Positions 42,033-53,100 of a stretch of DNA of 64,000 bases are shown piece after piece. The translations under genes were made by a program, and so were the position numbers. Positions within the stretch are counted from its first letter, which is position 1. Each line of letters begins with the position of its first letter. Below the pieces are notes generated by a model that was not told where the DNA came from, did not search any database, and saw nothing but the letters and a program-made list of their open reading frames with translations. The stretch comes from Gordius albopunctatus (Eukaryota): positions 8,928,001 to 8,992,000 of the forward strand of contig OZ193910.1 of NCBI GenBank assembly GCA_964276515.1, read 5' to 3'.

Positions 42033-44099
42033 TAGTGATGTTAATGTGCTCGAATTGGTTCTGCTTGTATAGTGCTAAACCTGGTAATAGACACATATCT
42101 CCTACCATTACCATCATCATAACCAGCACCAGGCTTGTTAATAACCCGGTTACTAGCATGGCAGATTAAAATTGCCATGGTTGTTTGGTTGAGAGAGATG
42201 TGTAAGTAACCGGGCATTTGGCAGATTGGATTGATATCACCCGTGGTATCGACCAGGCTTGTTTTAAACTAAACATGGTTTTTAGCAAATTTAATTTTAG
42301 CTTACTATTAGAGTTGGCAGCTGCCATATAATGCTAATCAATATTTTTCAATCATATATTAATCCTAAAAGGTGATAAGAAAATTAAAATATATTATAAG
42401 GAACTTTGCCCCCTACCTTTATTTGTCCCGTTGTTTTGCCCCCCCCCCCGATTTTTTACAACTTAGATGAGTGATAATTGCCATAATTGTCAATTTTCAA
42501 GCTAATTAAATTTTTTAAACGATGAACTAGTGGTGAAAAATTATGTTAAACACAAAATTTTATTTTGTTAACTTAGATGAGTGACAATTGTTATAATTGT
42601 CAACCACCCCCCTGGTGAGAAAGAGCGTAAAAAATATGAGGGGGGTGGGCTGACGTAATGTATTTCGGTCTATTTTACTACATTTTTTTTAAATTTATAA
42701 ATTAAGTTACTAAATCATAAAAAAAACATTCAGTAAAGAAAAAATATAATTAAGGAAAGAAAAAACATCATTGTTTTTGAATTTGAAACATCCTTTAAGA
42801 AAAAATAATATTTTACGATTTAGAATGATAAAGAGAAATATAAATATAGCGCCATCTATAATATATTTTATTTGAAGTATTAACATAAAACGATACCGGA
42901 CATCATGCAAGATTTAACAAGTAAAAATATATTAATAAATTTAAAAAAGTTACTGTCCCGTAAAAATAATTGTTTTATTTAATTTTTGTCTAACGTTAGT
43001 TTTAAAATCTTGGTAGGAAATAATGCAAAAATTATGAAATAAAATTTTGCTATATGTATTAACTATTAATTTAACTAATAATTATAAATGATTTAGAGAG
43101 CCTACTTCCCGATCAACAATATGATTAATTAAAGATGAAAAAATGTTAGATCCAATTAATGAATGAAAAACCTTAATTTCTATTATAAATAAAATGCTTT
43201 TAGCAAAAAGTTTATTTTTATTTTTTAAAATATCATAATTGTTTCATTATTTTTGAAAATCTTTATAGCATTAGTGGACTGGACACTAGCCGACATTTGT
43301 TTTTTAAATGAATTAATAAATAGCCTAAAGATAAAAATGGTTGACAATTAAATAATGAAAAGTTTCAAAGGCTTTCTCCCCTAAATTTGCTTTGGAGCCA
43401 GCAATTAGAAATATTTTTTGGCCTAAATTTTTAAATAAATTGCATTAGTTTTTAAAAGCACAAGGGGGTAAATAGGGTAGACAGGGAGAACAAGCACCAC
43501 CCACCCCTTTGAATTTTTTATGTTTGATTTTTAAAATTCTTACTTATTTTTATCTGGTTTTTATATCACAACCATGACTTATTCAACAAATATTAATATT
43601 AAAAGTAGACACATTTTTATTTTTGGTCTTACCAAATTTTATAAGTATTATTCCATTGTAGTGGATTAAATATTTTAAAGATTGGAGTTATTGAAAAGAA
43701 AATCCATAAACAAACAAGAAGCAAACTTCAAAATGTAAAAGATCAAATATTTAAAATCACTTAGATTAAAATAAAATGAGTCATTAGTTTTATTTTATGA
43801 AATATATGCATAGATTGTAAAATTTATTACATGATTTGATACATTAAAACATTGTAAAATATGAGTACAAATAATCTTGTGGTTGTTTGCAACATCTCCT
43901 TTTCAACATTCATTTCAAGGAGCTATTTGTCTACTGCAATTAATCTTTTAAGCACTAGTCACAGAGGCCAATATAAAAATAGGAACTAAGTTCAGCATCT
44001 CCTATAACTGTTGCCTTTCTAATCTTGATTTGAAGGAAATTTTATTAGATCTATTAATCCTGATGACTGATCCTGTTCAATTTAATTCAAATTTAAAAA

Positions 44100-44320
44100 T
44101 TACCTGAAATAAACGATAATTTGAACTTCTATTTTTATTATAATCCTGGGGTCGAAAGTGATTACTGCATATACTTGAATTTTGTTTCAATTTAAATTTA
44201 GGCCCCATCAATTTAATCCATTTAGACAATAACTCTGGATCTTTTGGAAATCTAAAAATATACATGAAAGTCTTTTGTTATTTTCTTTATTAAGGTAAGA
44301 TAAGCAGCATATATTTTAGG
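44100..44320 (-). pseudogene. THAP zinc-finger domain, probably a P-element-like remnant
   Basis: CCLSY..-(frameshift)-IFRFPKDPELLSKWIK...ICSNHFRPQDY fits the THAP FP..W..C..HF signature. Confidence 0.75.
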
Positions 44321-44941
44321 ATATATCTATTTTACCTTGATTTCAAGAATTTCCACTTGTATGGCGACTTAGATTACTTCGTGATAGTAATGTAAAAAAA
44401 CAGCTGTTCGGCAGTCTATGGTATTATGATTCAGTGCCATTGGACAAAGAAGCAAAAAACAAATAAATGTCTACGGAAATGCATGAATGTTTATGCGCAC
44501 CTTATGATCATACATTTTATTTACATTAAATAAAGAGGTAAGACGATATAATATAAATTCTAGCATTGATGATCAAGTATAAATGTAAAATTAAAAGGAA
44601 TATGATAAAAAAATTGTTTTTGTTGGGAATGTTAGTGATGACTATATAAAATAAACTTGACAATGTGTAAATATTTTGTTTATTCCTGATAATATACTTT
44701 TAATAAAATAGATGTAGTTATATAAATGACTAAGATTAACTGCTATATTTTTATTATATTAGAAATTAGTAAATAAATTGCAGGTTAATGATATACTTTA
44801 GAAGATAATAACAACCACTTTCAGTAGTGCCCGCAATTAAATTAAAAGAAATTAGCGCCATCTATGGGCAATTTTAATTAGAGACTAATTTGAACTATGT
44901 ATGTCCCTATCTTTTTTGTATGTGACTCGAAAATGATAACA

Positions 44942-44984
44942 GACATATAACGTTTTCGCTCTTATTAGAGCTCATCAGTATGCC
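44942..44984 (-). ncRNA. Minimal type I hammerhead ribozyme
   Basis: Minus strand reads GGCATA CTGATGA GCTCT-AATA-AGAGC GAAA ACGT TA TATGTC. Stem I is 6 bp with one G-U pair, the CUGAUGA/GAAA core is intact, stem II is 5 bp, stem III is the palindrome AACGTT and the cleavage triplet is UUA. Confidence 0.85.
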
Positions 44985-45273
44985 ATAGTTAATTTTCTAG
45001 TCACATAGTAAGCGAGATAGTTATATATAATGCACAAATTAGATTTAATCCATTCTTATGTTGGCTATGAAATATCCCCCATAATTATTGTTATTAAAAT
45101 GTTAGTGATGACTATATAAAATAAACTTGACATAGTTTACATTCAAACTTTTAATAAGGTATATGTAATCTGCAAAATTTATTTCTAAGAAGGTATGTTT
45201 TATTTATATGTTATGTGATTGAATATACAAATAGTTGGATATATTGTCAATATATTCATTAACATCAACTTCG

Positions 45274-46195
45274 TTAGAGAGGTATGAAGATAGTTTTACC
45301 CTGGGAAATGTGTAAAAGATTTACATCTGAAACGCCCTGCTGTTTTATAATATGAGTAATAAATTCGTAAATAGGAGGGTGGGCCCGACCAATTAGGCAC
45401 TTAATACCATTGTGAAATCCCTCCAAGTGATTATTGGTGCGCAGTCCAACAGCATTCACCCTTTGCCAAATTTCATATGGGAAACTGGCGCTAGGTCCAA
45501 CCCATACATCATTGACATATACAAAAAAGATCCTCATCTTTTGGTCAGCCATCACAAGAGGATCTAAAATGATAACACTAGAAATTCTCCGCACATCGGA
45601 CTCCTTCAAGAATGGCAAGGCTAAAATTCGCCTTATATATTTTCTAAACTGTTCATTGTTATCATAATAGGTTTTGAGACCATCATGTGCCACTCTTCTG
45701 ATGATAGCTTGTGTATAGTGGAAAAGGCACCCTAAATTAAATATATACTTAATATATGATAAATTATTACCCTTCACAATAACACCTGGAAAACATTCTC
45801 GTAGAGCCTGCATGCTCGCCATTTCAAAATCAACCTGAACATAGTTGGGTTTTAACTCCAAATTATTCTCACCACAAATCTCCTTTAATTTTTTGAAAGC
45901 GTTTCACATGATTTATCAGGCAATAGTGCATAGATCACAGTAATCATATGACCCCTGTGATAAGTGTGAATTGTATAAACGTAAAAATTTAGATTAAAAA
46001 AAATTCTATTGCTATTACTTGATTAAATAAAGGGGGACACACATAATAAGTGCCATCTGAGCATAAGTTCCGGACTGAACACATGATGTTCAATAGTGTT
46101 AGTGTTCCAAAAATGAAGAGGCGATTGCCCCCATTCCACAGCAAGAATCTTTCACCTTTCTTGGTAAAACAATGCTCTGGTTCTAGGAGAATGTC
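45274..46195 (-). mobile_element. MULE (Mutator-like) transposase with short introns, probably defective
   Basis: TKKGERFLL, SDGTYYVCPPLFNQ, VDFEMASMQA, KGCLFHYTQAI and RTNNHLEGFHN. Contains a 39-nt intron at 45732-45770. Confidence 0.88.
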
Positions 46196-46655
46196 CAGCA
46201 GAAGCCCTCATATCTAAAACAAGTGTAAAATTAACTTTTTTATAATTAAATGAACTTACAGTTGGTGGTGGTTGGGATGGTTGAATATGATATTTCACTT
46301 AGAATGCTTTCTGCAGCAGAAGCCCTCATATCTAAAACAAGTGTAAAATTAACTTTTTTATAAATAAATGAACTTACAGTTGGTGGTGGTTGGGATGGTT
46401 GAATATGATATTGCACTTAGAATGCTTTCTGCAGCAGAAGCCCTCATATCTAAAACAAGTGTAAAATTAGATTTTTTATAATTAAATGAACTTACAGTTG
46501 GTGGTGGTTGGGATGGTTGAATTTGATATTTCACTTATAATGCTTTCTGCAGCAGAAGCCCTCATATCTAAAACAAGTGTAAAATTAACTTTTTTTATAA
46601 ATAAATGAACTTACAGTTGGTAGTGGTTGGGATGGTTGAATATGATATTGCACTT
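46196..46655 (-). repeat. Tandem repeat, 118-bp unit x about 4 (72-nt exon + 46-nt intron on the minus strand)
   Basis: Units start at 46196, 46314, 46432 and 46550. Each contains GTAAGT...TTTTAG on the minus strand. Confidence 0.9.
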
Positions 46656-46703
46656 TGATTATTGATTGCTCTCACTTTTTTAATAAAATATAAAACATTG
46701 TTG

Positions 46704-46863
46704 ATGTCCAATGTTTGTAGAGGTTTAGAAACCTGAGCATTATCAATAGATCAATTCATGTCCAATGTTTGTAGAGGTTGAGAAACCTGAGCATTATCAA
46801 TAGATCCATTCATGTCCAATGTTTTTAGAGGTTGAGAAACCTGAGCATTATCAATACATCCAT
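46704..46863 (-). repeat. Tandem repeat, 54-bp unit x3
   Basis: Units start at 46704, 46758 and 46812. The minus strand reads IDNAQVSQPLQTLDMNGS repeats, with a TGA in one copy. Confidence 0.9.
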
Positions 46864-47160
46864 AGTTTGGATAAGCTATTATGAAGATAATATATAATAA
46901 TCATAAATATTACTTGTATGGGGAATTTAACAGACATTTTTTCATTAAAAGAAGTGATATTGAACAGCCATACTCTGATTGGTCAAAAAATATTTATAGA
47001 CATATCATAGACATTCATAGACATTGGTTTTTTGCTTTTTTGTCCAATGCAACGATACGTGGTATTATTAGTCTATGACATTAGCCATTTTATAAATGTC
47101 ACAAATTGTCGCTCCACGTGATTTTTGCATTTGTGAAAATTATATTTAAATTATTAAATT

Positions 47161-50100
47161 ATGGCATCGGAATATAAACCAGGAGATAAAATATTCGCAA
47201 AAGTTAAAGGCTACCCTCCCTGGCCTGCGAGAGTATTATAATTACGATATTTATTAAAACTTATATTAGATAGATACATTAAAGGACGATGTTAAAGTAC
47301 CTAAAGGAAAGTATCCTATTTTCTTTTTTGGAACACATGAAACGTAATTTTGTTTAATATGCACACTTATTTTTTTCAGATATTTTCTAGCCTCTAAAGA
47401 CATATTTCCTTACTATAAATATAAAGAAAAATTTGGTAGATTAAAGAGATTTAAAGGATATAATGAAGGTTTGGCTGAAATTGAAATGGACATCATAGTA
47501 AAAAATAATCATTATAATTATATATTAAATTCATGCAGGAAAAGAATGAAATTATAAGCACAAACTATACAATTCCTCCTCAGGTTTGTATATTAAATAT
47601 AATTTGTTAAATTCAATTAAAGGTTAAAAGAATAATCAATGGGAATATAAGAAGTTAGTTAAGTTTTTGATATTTTTATCTAAAATGTAGCAAGACCAAC
47701 AAAAAATTTATCAAATGAAACTCTTAGAATGAGCAGATGTGGTAGAAAAATTATTAATCCTAAACGTTTTGAAAAATTAAATGTTAGTGACAATAGTTTA
47801 GTAATATTATTTAACATTGCACTATATTAATTATTATATTAAGGCCCAAAACAGCATAGCCAATAACCCATGTGAAAATATTGGTAAAAATGCTTTTCAC
47901 TAATGTTTAAATTCAGATATAATGTGTTTTATTACTGTTATTTACAAAATTTTTGCATTAATGCTTTATATAAAACTTCTATTAATAATTTAATCCTTCT
48001 TACTCAAAGTTAATATAAATTTTTGGCCATTTTAAATTTAACATTTATGAGGTTTTCCTAATCAGAATTTCTAATAATCTATTTAAAAAATTCTTTGAAT
48101 GCTTGTGTTATTGTTTTGTTTAGTTTTTATTGTTGATAACACTTCTAATGTTAAACATATTTGTTATAATATATGTCAACAATTTAATTTTACAAATTTT
48201 TTGTTTTTGCAATATAGATCAATTAAAAGATTTTACTATTTCCCCATGTCAAGACAAAATATCTCAAAATGCCTATCAGTAATTTTTATTGTATTAAGCC
48301 ATTCTAAATACAAATATAGTGATCAAACAAGTTTTGGATCTGAGCCACCACAAGTATTTTTTGTATTTATGATTATGAATATTTTAAACTAAATTTTATC
48401 TTTTATTTAAGTTAAATGAATACATATATCTATATTTAATGAGTCAACTATATTATGTTAAATTTTTATTTTATTGCTCATTTTTTACTTACTACTATAC
48501 AAAAAAATTATTTTCATAATAAATATCAATTTTTTTTATAAATTAACTCACACACCACAAATGATTATGTTAGTTTTCAATGCCCATAACTGAATATACA
48601 CTTGCATCTTCCTGCATGATGACTGAAAATGTATTTATAAATACATAATCTTTAATAATAAAGTATAGTTAAAATAACTGATTCGTAATAGTTGTTTATA
48701 GCGCCACATATAAATTAATTTTTTGTCTATATTTCTTAGTCGCGTAAACAGACCTACGGTTTTTGGGTCAAACTTTTAGGCTATTTATGTTTATTCGACT
48801 AAATCCTAAGACTATTTCTTAAATAAGTTGGGAAGACAAAAAAACATGAGCGCATATTAGGCCACTTCTTTAATATAATTCAAAAACTTTTACGGTGCCA
48901 AATTTTTGGGGCGACAGGTTTTTTGAGATTGAGACAAAGCCATATACACCATAAATCAATTTTTTGTTGAAGCTTGATGTTTGTGCTATTTAAATCACAA
49001 GAGTAAAATACGGGAAAATTTTTTCCCCGAGTCTCTGGCACAATTAACGGATTTTGCGGAAACAAGATTTGAAAGCTAGTTATATTGTTTTTTTTATCGA
49101 AAACCTTACATTTAGTCATTAATTAAGGAATCAAGGAGGAGATAGATATTGTTAATTTATTAAATTGAAATATTACTACAAAAATTTTGGCTTTTGTAAG
49201 ATCGATGTCTTTCCATATCTAAATCATATAAATTTTAACTTCCGCCATCGAAAATTGAGCGAAACTTTTCGTCAACACTGTTTCTTATATATATTTTATC
49301 CTGTTTGCAATGTTATATGCTAATGGAATGACCTGTTGAATATTAAGATCCTTTTTATACAATTGTTTGCATAGTGACAATATATAGCTGAAATGCGTCT
49401 CGAAATATATAAAAGGGAATTCGAGTTTTCAAATTTTCTAAAAGAACTACCCTTTACTCCTTATAGGTGTGGGAGGGCCAGGTAGTGGGGAATGGTCAAC
49501 AAACTCTGAATCTTGGCAAGAGAACAAGTAAATTCGGGAAAAAATAGAGGGCTAAAATCTTTTTGAGAAAAATATAATTTTAAAAATAAAAAGTATTTTT
49601 ATGTTTATAAAAGTCTTGGTCTTTTATTTAGCTATAAATTATTTTATTCATTTAATAATAATCAGAATAAAAATTTTTAAACTGGATATGATTACTATAC
49701 AAAAGTGAGGAATATGTTGTCTGGCCTGCCTGACAGTTAAGTGTTATAAAATGGTCTTTAAATCTATATCTTAAGGTAACAATGTGAAACTTGGGTGGTC
49801 AATAAGTTATGAATAATATTTTCTGAACGGATTAATATTGTATCATAAACATTTTATGCTTTTCTTTTTTGCATTATTGAATTGATATCGATCGTTTTTA
49901 TATTATTGTGTTTTCCTTGGTATTGTTTCATATAAATATTTTTCCTAATTCTGTCTTCATTTTTTATAATTCACGTCCATCTCTAGCCCTTATGATGATA
50001 TTAGTTAAACCTTATGTTCAACAAAGAAATTATTTTCAAATAAAATATCATTATGTAGAAGAGTATGGTAAAATTTCACCTTTCATAATTAAGGCTCAAA

Positions 50101-53100
50101 TTTTTAACTCATACATTTTTTGCTCGTTGATCTAAGTAATTTTTTTAAAGATAGGGGTTTAAGCCTATAATTACCGATAAAATGTTTTAACAAAAGCAGG
50201 CAATTTGAATAAAATTAATCTAAACAAATTATAGCGGGCAGATGTTTTGCGTCATCACAATGTTCTTCGCAACATTTATTTTTAATTTACTCGATTTTTC
50301 TCCTAACATATGTGTTAGGTAAGCTTTACATGTTTTAATATTGCTATTTTACGTCGCGTTAATGATAACATCGCTAAATATGAAAACTGAATTGTTTTCA
50401 GGATGCATTATTATTAAATCTCTTTTAAGCCTGTATCTGACCTTTACATGCCAAATATAAGACTAAGACACGTCCAAACAAAAAAATAATAGCCTTCTGA
50501 TTTGAAATTTGAATTCTTCTTGTTTTTACGGGTATATCTTTAAAAAATTTATAAATTAATTGGCAAATATATTAAATTGAAAATTTTTCTTTCCAGATTA
50601 ACCAAGTTGGTAGCGATGAAAAACCTAATTCCCTATTCCGGCCCAGAATGCTTCCAATAAAAAGAGCTCCTATTACGTTGGATCATATTGCAGGAACTTC
50701 AAAATCATATCCCAGTGCACAACTAAAGTTGTTGAGAGATACCGACACAGTGGGTGAACAAGATTGCGAATTAAAATATGAAAAGCCCATTATTTTTAAG
50801 GCTGATCCGGAGGACAGAAATATGTGCCAATACAATATCGACAAAATCTCCACAATGTCCAAACATAGTGAAAGTATTGATTTATCATCGCCCAATAATC
50901 GGCAGGCCAAACAAGCTGTAGAAAATTTTATATCACCCCTTTGGTTAAAAAAGGTAATTAAATAGTTTGTTCAATACATAATGCCGACCGCAGTATGGAA
51001 TGCATAACAAAGGTTCATTGCAGACCATGCATGCCGGTACCGATAAAAAGAATTGCTTTGACAGACTATACAAAAAGAGGTACGTTTGGTTATGTTTGTA
51101 TTATTTTATCTAATCTGTGAAATGGTGCTTTAATTTAATCATTCATACGTTAAAAACGAATTGGCAAAATAATGTAAACTTGAACAGTCTACCTTAAAAC
51201 TATATATAATGTTAATTCAGTAAATTATTAATAAAATCAGTTTTCAACTTTTGATTAAACTTTAAACTGGATTTTTATGAGCTATAAATAAATATTGCTT
51301 GTATAGGCAGGATTGCCTCAAGGGTGGGTAAAAAAATTTGATAAATATTACTATTAAAAAAATAAACATATACATCATTGAAGTTGGTATATTGCCCATA
51401 GGTGCGGTTGGAAACGAATCAATTAAAATTATACACATTCTTCATATCAACAATGTTTTTGATAAAAAGCATTAATGATATACCTTCAGTAATATCTTTG
51501 TACGTAGGAAAAAGATTAAGAGTTAAATTTTGTGGCCCGATTCCGCCTGTGGTCTTTCCTTCAAGGAACCAATTTGCAAAGAGCTCCTTTCAAATTCTCC
51601 GTATACGTCAGCTGGGAATTTTTTGAATTAGTGTTGTTGTAAAAAGGGCTGGCTCTCGTTTCCTAGACCTTTAATTTGACCAAGATTAAAGATCGACTTG
51701 TTTTTTAAATCTAAAAAATCATTGGTCTGTTTATGCTTAGTGGACTAACGAAAACCCAGCTCTTTTTACTTAACACTAGTTTGAAGGGATATGCACAAGT
51801 CTTTAAGGCTTAATTGCCCCACCTGAACTAAAAATAAAAACACGGTACCGTTTCGGATCATTTAAGATTAAATTATTGTCCTAGTTCAGCCCGCTAATTA
51901 GATTGCAAAGCAAGGGACCAGCCAAGACTCTTACTTGATTTTTTTTATTTTTCTGCCTTTTAAATGCAAATTATTTGTTGATATTAAAATAATCATTTGT
52001 TTTTAGAACATTTTCTTTAAGAATCATGTTAAAAATCATTATCTCAAGTGTGTTTTTTCTTCCGGTGAGGACCCGGCGTTGAACTTCGCGTAGCACTCGT
52101 AGCTGCACAAAACCATTTATATGTAATATAATTGGAAAATCTATGCAAAATAAATTTTTTTAACAAAAATTACCCAGTTTTGTTAATTTCCAGCCTTATT
52201 AAATAATAAAAACCAACGCAATCCACTTATTAAAATCACAAGTTCTCTGAATAAATTATATAATTAGCTACGTCATGCTCTTCTAAAGGTAGACTTTAAA
52301 AATCAATTTACTAGACCATGAGGTTTATTAATTCTTAGTTAAATTTTATCATCAATCTTTCTTTACTAATTAATTGGTTTTTCTATAAAAATCGACAAAA
52401 AAATAATTTTTACTCCTTGCCTACGCCACTGAATATTGGCAAGAGTATTTGTAAGGTCAATTATATACTTCTAAAATTGTTCATTTAATAAATATAAAAA
52501 GCTTTCACATATAAAAGTATAATTAGTTTATTTTTTAATTCACTTTTAAGGCTTATTTGAAGACCAATTTATTGTAACAAGGGGGGAGGCGGGGCCAATG
52601 GGTGGCAAAGAGGGGAGGGTGGGGTAGATTGTAAAACTTTTAGCGGGGGTCAGAAAAATATTTACATTATTAGCTTAAAAGTTAGCCACCCACAACAACA
52701 AAATTTCACAAAAAAGTCACAATAAAATAGGAATCAAGTGAGATCTAGAAAAAGGAAAAATTGGTTGATTTTTGGCCTAGGAACGGTCATCATTTATTTT
52801 CAGCAAAAAATATTTTTGCGTGTAAAATGTATATTTGAAGTAAATGTACCAAAATGGCCAAAAGCTGCGGGTGCAAAAATAAGGATGGATCTTGGTCTCA
52901 AGCCGGGGTCAGACAAATTATATTTAAACAGCGGTCATTAGTAAAACTAAATGTGGGACGAGCTTAAAAAAGTAAGATTAAGGGACAAAAATAAAAAATA
53001 TTAAATAAGTATTTTGGCCTCGTGCCAGGGTCAGACAAATTAGGAATAAGCCACGATTGCCATTAAATTGTAGGGAATTAGTCGCAAATATTATACAGCA

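Noticed and set aside
46196..46863. Regular repeats as a CRISPR array
   Set aside because: The units are head-to-tail with no unique spacers, there are no cas genes, and the context is eukaryotic.
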